From contig CAZHIA010000002.1 in assembly GCA_964532425.1 (NCBI GenBank), forward strand, positions 13,945 through 77,944: a stretch of 64,000 nucleotides of DNA. The letters are read 5' to 3'. This DNA is from an uncultured Candidatus Saccharibacteria bacterium (GTDB lineage Bacteria > Patescibacteriota > Doudnabacteria > UBA920). Position numbers and translations under genes: made by a program. The first letter of the stretch is position 1; each line of letters opens with the position of its first letter. The notes beneath the pieces were generated by a model that ran no database searches, had not been told where the DNA came from, and saw only the letters and a program-made list of their open reading frames with translations. Positions 9,897 through 17,123 of the stretch are shown here, in pieces.

Positions 9897-10499
9897 TTAG
9901 TTGCCCCCAACACAAAGAGTATAATTAGAATTCCAATGCCAACTGGCATTGGCACCAGTATATTTGCCCAAACAATAATTTACTAATGGCCCCAACTCAT
10001 ACCCGCCTGGATAAATGCCGTTAGGATTTGAGAATCTGGAAACATTGGAGTTATCCTCAAAAGCAGAAACCCCAACACCATAATACTGACCATTGCTCGT
10101 GGAAGGATTGTTGTAATAATAGTAACGATTGCTGTCATTGACCGGATCCTTGGGCATCTGGCTCATATATGGCTTGAGGGTATCAGCTAGCCAGCACCAG
10201 CGGTTGCACCAGCCGCATCCAGCCTGGGCAGCCACCACCGCCCCACCGTTAACAACAGGTCCGCCGCACGTGCCCGACCAATCCACGCTGTATGCATCGT
10301 CTGAAAGAGGATAGGTGCCATTATGGTCAGCCGCGTACAATTCCAGAGCCTTCGAGATTTGAGTAATATCCGTTGCACGCTTGGCATCACGGGCTTTCAC
10401 ACGGGCGCTGTTTAAAGCCACCATGACGGTACTCGCAAGTAAACCGATGATGGATATAACCACGAGCAGCTCGATGAGTGTAAAACCCTTTTGGCTCAT
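9897..10499 (-). CDS. type IV pilin (prepilin-type N-terminal cleavage/methylation domain)
   Basis: MSQKGFTLIELLVVISIIGLLA class III signal; Cys pairs in C-terminal part. Confidence 0.8.
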   Translation of the reverse strand: MSQKGFTLIELLVVISIIGLLASTVMVALNSARVKARDAKRATDITQISKALELYAADHNGTYPLSDDAYSVDWSGTCGGPVVNGGAVVAAQAGCGWCNRWCWLADTLKPYMSQMPKDPVNDSNRYYYYNNPSTSNGQYYGVGVSAFEDNSNVSRFSNPNGIYPGGYELGPLVNYCLGKYTGANASWHWNSNYTLCVGGN

Positions 10500-10673
10500 A
10501 AAAATTAGCCTGACATTCTATAAGCCATTATACCATGTAAGACAGTAATAACCGCATAATGTATAGAGTTTTTTACACCGGCCAAACAGTATATAGAGAG
10601 CTATAAAGTGGTTAAATATTACCTTGCTTCAAGTTGAAACGTAAGCCTAATTCCTATGTAATCTTGATCGATA

Positions 10674-10701
10674 TAGAAAAAACATTCCGTAAAGGGATGT
10701 T
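10674..10701 (-). terminator. intrinsic terminator at end of minus-strand tRNA cluster transcript
   Basis: minus strand reads acatccctttacggaatgt + ttttttc. Confidence 0.45.
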
Positions 10702-10709
10702 CTTTCATA

Positions 10710-11130
10710 TGGAGCGGCTAAGGGGAATTCCGCCTTGCGGCCCTGCAGGGCCGCTTCGTTGTCCAGGACAGGGGTACCCCTAAAATGCCTTCGGCATTTT
10801 TGGGGAATCCCCTGGGCAGCGCTGAAGTGCTATCCGTAGCACTTCAGCGGCGTTCGCTGCATCCCGCTCTGCTGAGCAGGATTAGCTCACTGCTGCCCGT
10901 TCGATTCCCCTTGCGCCGTATCAAAAAAGAAATTGCCCCACCCACAAGGGGTGAGGCACTTTCTTTTGGAGCGGCTAAGGGGAATTCATCGCGCTCGGCT
11001 TCTGCTGAAGCCTCACTTGTCCATGGGTTGCCAAAATGCTGCGCTAGCTCGCATTTTGGGTTGCTCGACTGCTACTTTTGCTGCAGCAAGAGTCTTGTCT
11101 CACTTCAACCCAGTTCGATTCCCCTTAGCC
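10710..11130. repeat. array of tRNA-Gly 3'-end fragments in alternating orientation
   Basis: TGGAGCGGCTAAGGGGAAT at 10710-10728 and 10967-10985 (minus sense); GTTCGATTCCCCTT(A/G)(G/C)CC at 10899-10917 and 11112-11130 (plus sense). GC-rich hairpin-laden spacers between them. Confidence 0.7.
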
Positions 11131-11180
11131 TATAATCTATCCAAAGAAAAATACTCCAGACAAGCTGGAGTATTTTTCTT

Positions 11181-11254
11181 TGGAGCGGCTAAGGGGAATC
11201 GAACCCCTATCCTCTCCATGGCAAGGAGAAGTTCTACCATTGAACCATAGCCGC
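11181..11254 (-). tRNA. tRNA-Gly (anticodon GCC), CCA encoded
   Basis: revcomp GCGGCTATGGTTCAATGGTAGAACTTCTCCTTGCCATGGAGAG...GGGGTTCGATTCCCCTTAGCCGCTCCA. Confidence 0.85.
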
Positions 11255-11317
11255 GTAACGTATAGATATTATACCAAATCTCTAAAATTTTACCAGCCTC
11301 ATTCCATGACCGCACGC

Positions 11318-11498
11318 TCGTTCGTGGCATGCCATGTACCTGATCGAAGCGAATGAAGGTGGCAGTGAACCATTCAGCTTTCGGCCTCAGGTACACTGCA
11401 CTCACCACTCACTTCGTTTAAGTACATAGCATTTCTTAAATCGATTGCTTCGGTATGGTTCGTGGCATGCCATGAACCCGAACGAAGTGAGTGGTTCG
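11318..11498. repeat. ~45-bp imperfect direct repeats (GTTCGTGGCATGCCATG(t/a)ACC...) abutting tRNA-Phe
   Basis: R1 11318-11362, R2 11454-11498; inverted CGAAGTGAGTGG segment between. Confidence 0.45.
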
Positions 11499-11573
11499 TG
11501 GTGCCGGAGGTCAGAATCGAACTGACGACACGACGCTCTTCAGGCGTCTGCTCTACCACTGAGCTACTCCGGC
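11499..11573 (-). tRNA. tRNA-Phe (anticodon GAA), CCA encoded
   Basis: revcomp GCCGGAGTAGCTCAGTGGTAGAGCAGACGCCTGAAGAGCGTC...GTTCGATTCTGACCTCCGGCACCA. Confidence 0.85.
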
Positions 11574-11763
11574 AAAATAAGATGAAAATTTGAGGGTGCA
11601 ACTCCAATTGCCCTAATGCTTACACTGCGCAGGGCACTACTCTACTGTCACTAAGCGGAAAACACTCGTTTATAATCACTTAAAGGAGAAGGGTCCTTGC
11701 ACTTCGAAGCCTTGGCGAAGAAGTGGTGGGCGATACAGGAATTTCACCCCGCACCATTTCTCG

Positions 11764-11840
11764 TGGTGGGTCCGACAGGATTCGAACCTGTGACCTCCTC
11801 GGTGTAAACGAGGCGCTCTAACCAGCTGAGCTACGAACCC
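11764..11840 (-). tRNA. tRNA-Val (anticodon TAC), CCA encoded
   Basis: revcomp GGGTTCGTAGCTCAGCTGGTTAGAGCGCCTCGTTTACACCGAGG...GGTTCGAATCCTGTCGGACCCACCA. Confidence 0.85.
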
Positions 11841-11896
11841 GTTTTACATATAATATCAAGCCCGAAGATATTTCACCAGAAATGGTGCAGGGCGGG

Positions 11897-11934
11897 CCTG
11901 TGACCTCCTCGGTGTAAACGAGGCGCTCTAACCA
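11897..11934 (-). pseudogene. 38-nt tRNA-Val fragment (duplicate of T-stem/anticodon-arm/D-loop segment)
   Basis: Identical to 11787-11824; flanks do not form acceptor or T arms. Confidence 0.6.
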
Positions 11935-12105
11935 TCCGCCTCCGCCAACAGGCGGATGGCGGATAACCGCCCAGGAGTCACAAAGGTTAGCTCAAGTACT
12001 ATAACAAAAACTGCCTTTCCTTGCAAGAGCCTATCCAGCCAAAATATGGCAAAAAAACCGCAATTGCGCTACACTAAGCGTAAGGTAAATCTTAATTGAA
12101 ACCAA

Positions 12106-12972
12106 ATGATCACCCAAGAGATGCTCAGCTATATCCGGGAGCAGCGCGCTGCCGGCCATAGCGATGAAGAAATCAGACAGCAACTTATAGCCTCCGGCTG
12201 GCAGCAGGCTGACATTGAGGAGGGTTTAAAAGCCCCGACAGGATCTACCGCCAGTTTCTCCGGTTCTGCCTCAGGTCCACTGCCTGGACTAGGAGCCTTG
12301 TTTTCTGAAGCCTGGCGCCTTTATAACCAAAGGTTTTGGCCTTTGATCGGCACCTACCTGGCTCCCATGCTGGTATTCTTTGGGGTCGGACTCCTCGCTG
12401 GCGCAGGTTTTGTCCTCAATAAAGCCACTGGAAATGTAATCAGCGGACCTATCGCGATCGTAATATTACTCATTGCCGTTGTTGCTGCCATTTATATCGG
12501 AGTCTGGGGGCAGGCCGCCATGCTTATAGCCATCCGGGACAGCAGCGAAAATATCCCAGTCAAGGAAGCATACAAGCGAGCACGTCCATTCATTGGCGCA
12601 TATTTTTCCACCTCGCTTCTGGCTGGACTGGCAGTCCTCGGAGGCTTTATCCTCTTCATTATCCCAGGCATCATTTTTGCCTTGTGGTTCTGCTTCGCCA
12701 CCTATGCCGTGGTCACCGATAACGTCTCCAATACTGCAGCATTAAAGTTCAGCAAATCCATAGTTAAAGGGCAGATGGGAGCGATCTTCTGGAGATTCCT
12801 GTTCATTGGCGTTCTCACTATCATTTTCAGCTGGCTCGTTACCGCCGCAGGCACTTCCATTCACAACGAACAGGTCGGGAGTCTACTCAATTCGATTTTC
12901 TCACTGTTCTGGTCTCCGTTGGCTGCGGTCTATGGCTTCCTTCTGTTCCAGCACGCGAAGAGCAGAAAATAA
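12106..12972 (+). CDS. hypothetical polytopic membrane protein
   Basis: 288 aa, multiple hydrophobic segments; ends at terminator. Confidence 0.5.
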   Translation: MITQEMLSYIREQRAAGHSDEEIRQQLIASGWQQADIEEGLKAPTGSTASFSGSASGPLPGLGALFSEAWRLYNQRFWPLIGTYLAPMLVFFGVGLLAGAGFVLNKATGNVISGPIAIVILLIAVVAAIYIGVWGQAAMLIAIRDSSENIPVKEAYKRARPFIGAYFSTSLLAGLAVLGGFILFIIPGIIFALWFCFATYAVVTDNVSNTAALKFSKSIVKGQMGAIFWRFLFIGVLTIIFSWLVTAAGTSIHNEQVGSLLNSIFSLFWSPLAAVYGFLLFQHAKSRK

Positions 12973-12985
12973 CTCGCTCATTAAC

Positions 12986-13016
12986 AGCCTGGGAAGAAAT
13001 TTCCAGGCTGTTTTTA
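12986..13016 (+). terminator. intrinsic terminator
   Basis: cagcctgg gaagaaattt ccaggctg + ttttt. Confidence 0.6.
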
Positions 13017-13093
13017 AATGGCTTAAATAAGCCATTTGTAAGCCAAAAGAAATTTTTTTTCTTTTATATAAGCAATATTTTGGTAAAACTGTC

Positions 13094-13122
13094 TTGAAAA
13101 AGAATCCAAAAAGAGGTATAAT
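13094..13122 (+). promoter_or_regulatory. consensus-like promoter TTGAAA-17-TATAAT
   Basis: -35 13094-13099, -10 13117-13122; followed at 13133-13155 by hairpin+T6 (agtgc tatttg gcact cttttttc). Confidence 0.4.
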
Positions 13123-13317
13123 TAATACAGAAAGTGCTATTTGGCACTCTTTTTTCATGAGAGGCTCGTAGCAACTTTCTGGTCTGTTAAATAGTATCCT
13201 TGCGTTCCTTAAAAACGAGGATAAAAACTAGCTTTCCTTAAGGTTTTGGCGTCTTCCGCGAAAGCGGGGGGCATAAAACCAGGGGAAGCCAGGGGAGAAA
13301 GGAGTTTTGATTAAATA

Positions 13318-14043
13318 ATGAAAGCTCTTTCACTCCTTCGGTCTGCCATCGATCACGGCACCATTGCTTCTGCAATAGCCTTGGTCTCGCTGGTTTCCGT
13401 GATTTATCCGGAAATCGGTTTAGCTTCTAGCTTACAGACCGGAGAGGAAAATGCTCTAGTTGTTGAAATCAAAGATCCCGCGTCCGTTCTCACACCAAAA
13501 CCTCAAGAAAAACTGGCGGAAATAACCGCCACCACTTCTGATACCAGTCTTACCTACGACCAGGTCATTAATAATGACCCGTTGGTAAACAACCTCCGCG
13601 AATACCTGAATTCCTACGGCTCGCCATTGGCTGTCTATGCCGACCAAATCGTGCAGCAGCCCAATTGGCAGAAAGCCTTGGCCATCAGTTTCGTGGAGAG
13701 CAATATGGGCAAATACTGCGCTGATAATAACTGCAGCGGCATCGGTGTCGCCCCGGGACATCCGTCCTGGCGCAAGTATGACACCAAGCTCGATTGGTTC
13801 AAGGACCTCTGCCAACTGCTCGATAAGCCCATCTACCAAAAGTACAACACTTTTGAAAAGATGAAAGGAGTTTATGTGCAGCCGGGAAGTGCTCAATGGG
13901 TTAATGGCGCAAAGAAAATTTACGCCGAACTCATGACGGTAGAGGAGCAATCCAACCAACAGCGCGTTGCCATGCAGCAACCGCACACGGTCACAATCGC
14001 AGCCGTAGAACAAGAAGCCCAACTTGCGGTTTTGAAGAAATAA
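13318..14043 (+). CDS. hypothetical secreted/membrane-anchored protein
   Basis: AAAGGAG SD; N-terminal hydrophobic signal-like segment; 241 aa. Confidence 0.5.
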   Translation: MKALSLLRSAIDHGTIASAIALVSLVSVIYPEIGLASSLQTGEENALVVEIKDPASVLTPKPQEKLAEITATTSDTSLTYDQVINNDPLVNNLREYLNSYGSPLAVYADQIVQQPNWQKALAISFVESNMGKYCADNNCSGIGVAPGHPSWRKYDTKLDWFKDLCQLLDKPIYQKYNTFEKMKGVYVQPGSAQWVNGAKKIYAELMTVEEQSNQQRVAMQQPHTVTIAAVEQEAQLAVLKK

Positions 14044-14049
14044 AAAAAA

Positions 14050-14082
14050 TCCCTCCGGTAACCCCGGAGGGATTTTTGTTTT
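14050..14082 (+). terminator. intrinsic terminator
   Basis: tccctccgg taacc ccggaggga + tttttgtttt. Confidence 0.65.
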
Positions 14083-14170
14083 ACTAACCTTTGAATTAAC
14101 CTCTGGCTAATCTATCCACGAGAATACAAAATTAAAAATCCCTCTCAATAAGGGATGTGTGTCGAATAAT

Positions 14171-14258
14171 TGGTGCCCAGGGAGGGAATCGAACCCTCAA
14201 TCCCTTGCGGGCGACAGATTTTAAGTCTGTAGCGTATACCAGTTCCGCCACCTGGGCA
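14171..14258 (-). tRNA. tRNA-Leu (anticodon TAA), CCA encoded
   Basis: revcomp GCCCAGGTGGCGGAACTGGTATACGCTACAGACTTAAAATCTGT...long variable arm...GGGTTCGATTCCCTCCCTGGGCACCA. Confidence 0.85.
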
Positions 14259-14324
14259 ATAGAAATCCATCCAGACTTCGCAAAACCTTAGTTGGTGTTA
14301 GCCAGAAGAAGCCTTAGCGAAGCC

Positions 14325-14400
14325 TGGAGGTGCGGGCGGGATTTGCACCCGCGAATGGCGGTTTTGCAGACCGCAGTGTTAGCTACTTCACCACCGCACC
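14325..14400 (-). tRNA. tRNA-Cys (anticodon GCA), CCA encoded
   Basis: revcomp GGTGCGGTGGTGAAGTAGC...CGGTCTGCAAAACCG...GCGGGTGCAAATCCCGCCCGCACCTCCA. Confidence 0.8.
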
Positions 14401-14630
14401 ATAGACAAAAGGTTAGCTTTTATATTTTACTCGGTATCTGCAATTCTGACAACCCCAACCATTATTCACAGCTTCAATGTTTTCTGATTGACAGAACAAG
14501 AACAATCCCTCATACTTACCCCATGAACCAAAAGATCCAATCCAACATTTCCTATTTCTGGCACTACAAGCTTTCTCCGGGAAAGTTGGTTTTGGAAATG
14601 TCCGCATAGTACTCCACTCACATTTCAAAA

Positions 14631-14662
14631 CAGCTTTCTCGGGTCCGAGAAAGCTGTTTTTT
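14631..14662 (+). terminator. intrinsic terminator (plus strand) with no upstream ORF
   Basis: cagctttctcgggtccgagaaagctg + tttttt. Confidence 0.5.
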
Positions 14663-14678
14663 ATTTATATACCATCAC

Positions 14679-14716
14679 CCCTCCATGGTCCCCATCGGGA
14701 TGGGGACCATGGAGGG
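14679..14716. repeat. 38-bp perfect palindrome P1 (CCCTCCATGGTCCCCATC-GG-GATGGGGACCATGGAGGG)
   Basis: Inverted copy at 15695-15732 (centre CC); degenerate copy at 47554-47577. Confidence 0.8.
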
Positions 14717-14845
14717 AACCATATATTATAGATAAACATTAACCATCCGATCATGTCATTCTCCACCCTGCAAAGCCTAAAGTTTTGGTACCGCTCCTCC
14801 TCAGGCACCTGAAGGCTGTTTTCCATTGTTTGTTGGAAATCATAA

Positions 14846-14883
14846 AACGCCCTCCAGGTTCGCCTGGAGGGCGTTTTTGTTTC
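14846..14883 (+). terminator. hairpin + T-run in leader 25 nt upstream of gene 14906 (attenuator-like)
   Basis: aacgccctccaggttcgcctggagggcgtt + tttttgtttcc. Confidence 0.5.
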
Positions 14884-14905
14884 CATCAATTTCAAAGGGG
14901 GAATT

Positions 14906-15685
14906 ATGAATCACGCTCAATACTACGTTCCGCTTCAAAAGAGTCGGGACCTGCTCGCATCACGAAGCGGCCTGCGCCAACAAGTGGAGGACTTCTGGTT
15001 GTCGCGCGGCTGGGGCTTGCCGCCCCAGCAGATCAGTAGGGGACGCAACATTTCCGTGCTTGCCCGACAGCTGGTCACCTTTCGCATGGAGGAAGCTTTG
15101 TTTGTGACAATGAGCAAACAGGCCGGACTCGAACCGGTGCTGGCCGGCTATTCGGCAGACAAGCATAGTTCACAGTCACGACTCAAACAGAGCTACCTGA
15201 GTCCGAAATTCATCGAGGGTCGCAATAAGAACAACGAACTCATTATCCGTCGGGACAAATTAACTGCCAAGAGCTGGCACGGTACTCCGCTCCATTGCAT
15301 CACACTCGACAAGAAAGGCGGTACCAGCCTGGTCGACTACCACCAAAGCATTCTCGACCGGGCCAGTCCGGGAACACTCCGCTGCGATGTCAGCGAATGG
15401 TATACCAATATCCCATGGAACGATCGGTACATAGCCCTCATGTCCTGGTTTATTGCCCACGCCGTGCTTTTCGAGGACTATCACGGAGGGGAATCGGGGC
15501 CCGGACTTTCGGCGCTAACCCGGCAGCGGTTTGAACCGGCCTTTCACCAAGCAACCCGGATGTTCGGTGTTAGCCCAATCATAACCCCGCTTCCATGGTG
15601 GAATGAGTTGTCCTACTACCCCCAAGATGCGGACTGGCAACGCCTTGGTATTATTCCGCAGGAGCTACTGCAAGCGGTCGCGTAG
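14906..15685 (+). CDS. hypothetical protein (no recognised family), bracketed by P1/P2 palindromes
   Basis: AAAGGGGG SD 5 nt before ATG; 259 aa; GC-richer than neighbours. Confidence 0.55.
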   Translation: MNHAQYYVPLQKSRDLLASRSGLRQQVEDFWLSRGWGLPPQQISRGRNISVLARQLVTFRMEEALFVTMSKQAGLEPVLAGYSADKHSSQSRLKQSYLSPKFIEGRNKNNELIIRRDKLTAKSWHGTPLHCITLDKKGGTSLVDYHQSILDRASPGTLRCDVSEWYTNIPWNDRYIALMSWFIAHAVLFEDYHGGESGPGLSALTRQRFEPAFHQATRMFGVSPIITPLPWWNELSYYPQDADWQRLGIIPQELLQAVA

Positions 15686-15694
15686 TAAGTCAAT

Positions 15695-15732
15695 CCCTCC
15701 ATGGTCCCCATCCCGATGGGGACCATGGAGGG
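15695..15732. repeat. 38-bp palindrome P2 (reverse-complement orientation of P1)
   Basis: CCCTCCATGGTCCCCATC-CC-GATGGGGACCATGGAGGG; 10 nt after stop of 14906 gene. Confidence 0.8.
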
Positions 15733-15759
15733 ACACCATTATAAATAATATATCCTCAT

Positions 15760-16719
15760 ATGTTTACAATAGCATCATTCATCAACCAATTGTGCGCCTT
15801 AGGCAGCCGCCAAGGAAAAACAGAAACTTTGGCAAAGAAGCACATCATCAACATTCTCCAAAAAAACTCTGTGCCATTCTTGCTGCAGGAATTTACCACC
15901 CTGATCCCCGACTACAAACATTCACGACTGACAGCAGACAGGAAAACCATTCTGGCAGAACCCTGTTGCTTTACGAGCGGTACCATTACCAACAAAAGCA
16001 ATATAATCAGCTCCCTTATTAGTTCGCAAAAAAATCTTATTGATCCAAATATCAACTTCAATCCAAAATGTGACCTTATATCACGCAGCAATCACTACTT
16101 TGCGCCGGCTTTTGCCATAGCGAGAAGAGATTTGAAAGATATCCTAAATGCAAAACAAGTTACCGGGGTCGTGCGCGTCAAGAAACTCCACCATCGTTCC
16201 GCCAACATCCTTATCGGCAACATCCATAACCCGCGCTCGATTGTTTTTACCCACTATGATTCCCTTGGTCCCGGCGCCTGTGACAATGCTTCGGGGGTGG
16301 CGGCAGTCATAACTGCTATTACGAACCAGCCTCAGCTGCTCGTCACCTCCCTGTTTGTTATTGCAGGAAATGAAGAGATTTCCTTTGATTTCCCAGTCTA
16401 TTGGGGCCATGGTTACCGAATTTTCGAGCAAAAATACAATAACCTGCTTAAGAAAACCAAAAAAATCATTGTCATCGACTCGGTTGGAATAGGGAAAACA
16501 GTCAGAGTGAAGGGAAAAAAGCTGCTTTCATTGGGCTTTCCTCTGGTAGCGATCAAACAATTAGCCCAGAAAACCTCAATGATTACAGGAGATTTTGGTA
16601 AATTAATGGCAGTTTACCACTCGGAAGGCGATATTCCTGAGGTTTTAGACATGAATGAGGTAGATAATGCAGCACAATTCATTATAAAATCCTTGAAATA
16701 CTCAATATCTAAAGGTTAA
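15760..16719 (+). CDS. M28-family zinc peptidase (aminopeptidase-like)
   Basis: Metal-ligand pattern THYDSLGPGACDNASG ... IAGNEEIS ... VIDSVG ... VYHSEGD. Confidence 0.6.
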   Translation: MFTIASFINQLCALGSRQGKTETLAKKHIINILQKNSVPFLLQEFTTLIPDYKHSRLTADRKTILAEPCCFTSGTITNKSNIISSLISSQKNLIDPNINFNPKCDLISRSNHYFAPAFAIARRDLKDILNAKQVTGVVRVKKLHHRSANILIGNIHNPRSIVFTHYDSLGPGACDNASGVAAVITAITNQPQLLVTSLFVIAGNEEISFDFPVYWGHGYRIFEQKYNNLLKKTKKIIVIDSVGIGKTVRVKGKKLLSLGFPLVAIKQLAQKTSMITGDFGKLMAVYHSEGDIPEVLDMNEVDNAAQFIIKSLKYSISKG

Positions 16720-16741
16720 AATGAAAAATCCCTCATAATTC

Positions 16742-16770
16742 TTTACAAATTAATAAAAATATGCTAAAAT
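16742..16770 (+). promoter_or_regulatory. promoter TTTACA-17-TAAAAT for HTH/giant-fibre operon
   Basis: -35 16742-16747, -10 16765-16770; 5'UTR hairpin gaaatcc...ggatttc at 16808-16831 containing TATAGGAT. Confidence 0.45.
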
Positions 16771-16871
16771 ATAAGTATAAAAGTATCGGATAGCCAAAAA
16801 GTATTCGGAAATCCCAAAAATATAGGATTTCTGGCTAATTCGAAACAAAAATCAAAATAAAAATTACATAC

Positions 16872-17123
16872 ATGTCCGAGCAGGAACGGCTGACGTTCCT
16901 GGCTTCTAAAGACCTGCTTTCCATTAGTGAAGCAGCCAAGTTGACCCCGTATTCAGGGGAATATTTAAGTCTTTTAGCCAGAAATGGACGATTGCCGGCC
17001 ATTAAGATCGCAAGAAATTGGCTTACTACGCGTAAGGCCGTTTTGTCGTACCTGCAGGAACAACAACAAAAGCACCAGAATATTGTCGAACAACTCAGAC
17101 AGCTGCAGGAGGAGGTTATATGA
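16872..17123 (+). CDS. excisionase-family helix-turn-helix DNA-binding protein
   Basis: [47 protein letters not shown] resembles HTH_17/excisionase-type DNA-binding domain; stop overlaps next start (ATGA). Confidence 0.55.
   Translation: MSEQERLTFLASKDLLSISEAAKLTPYSGEYLSLLARNGRLPAIKIARNWLTTRKAVLSYLQEQQQKHQNIVEQLRQLQEEVI

Noticed and set aside
10785-11250. 116-aa and 105-aa ORFs across the tRNA-Gly fragment array
   Set aside because: They span repeated tRNA fragments and GC-rich hairpins, have no SD and no coherent protein-like composition.
10700-11260. CRISPR array
   Set aside because: Repeats are tRNA-derived, in alternating orientation, and irregularly spaced (190, 145, 50 bp); no cas genes in the window. 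TAGGAT and word-palindrome tracts are also not CRISPR-like (no unique spacers of constant length).
10500-12100. Intact prophage or integrative element at the tRNA-Gly/Phe/Val cluster
   Set aside because: No integrase, recombinase or phage structural ORFs in or near the region; only short tRNA-derived repeats remain.
14292-14609. 105-aa ORF overlapping tRNA-Cys
   Set aside because: Antisense to a clear tRNA gene.
14665-16022. ORFs 14665..14895(-) and 15603..16022(+) sharing the peptide PWSPSRWGPWR
   Set aside because: The shared peptide is just translation of the P1/P2 palindrome; the ORFs run through repeats and a neighbouring gene.
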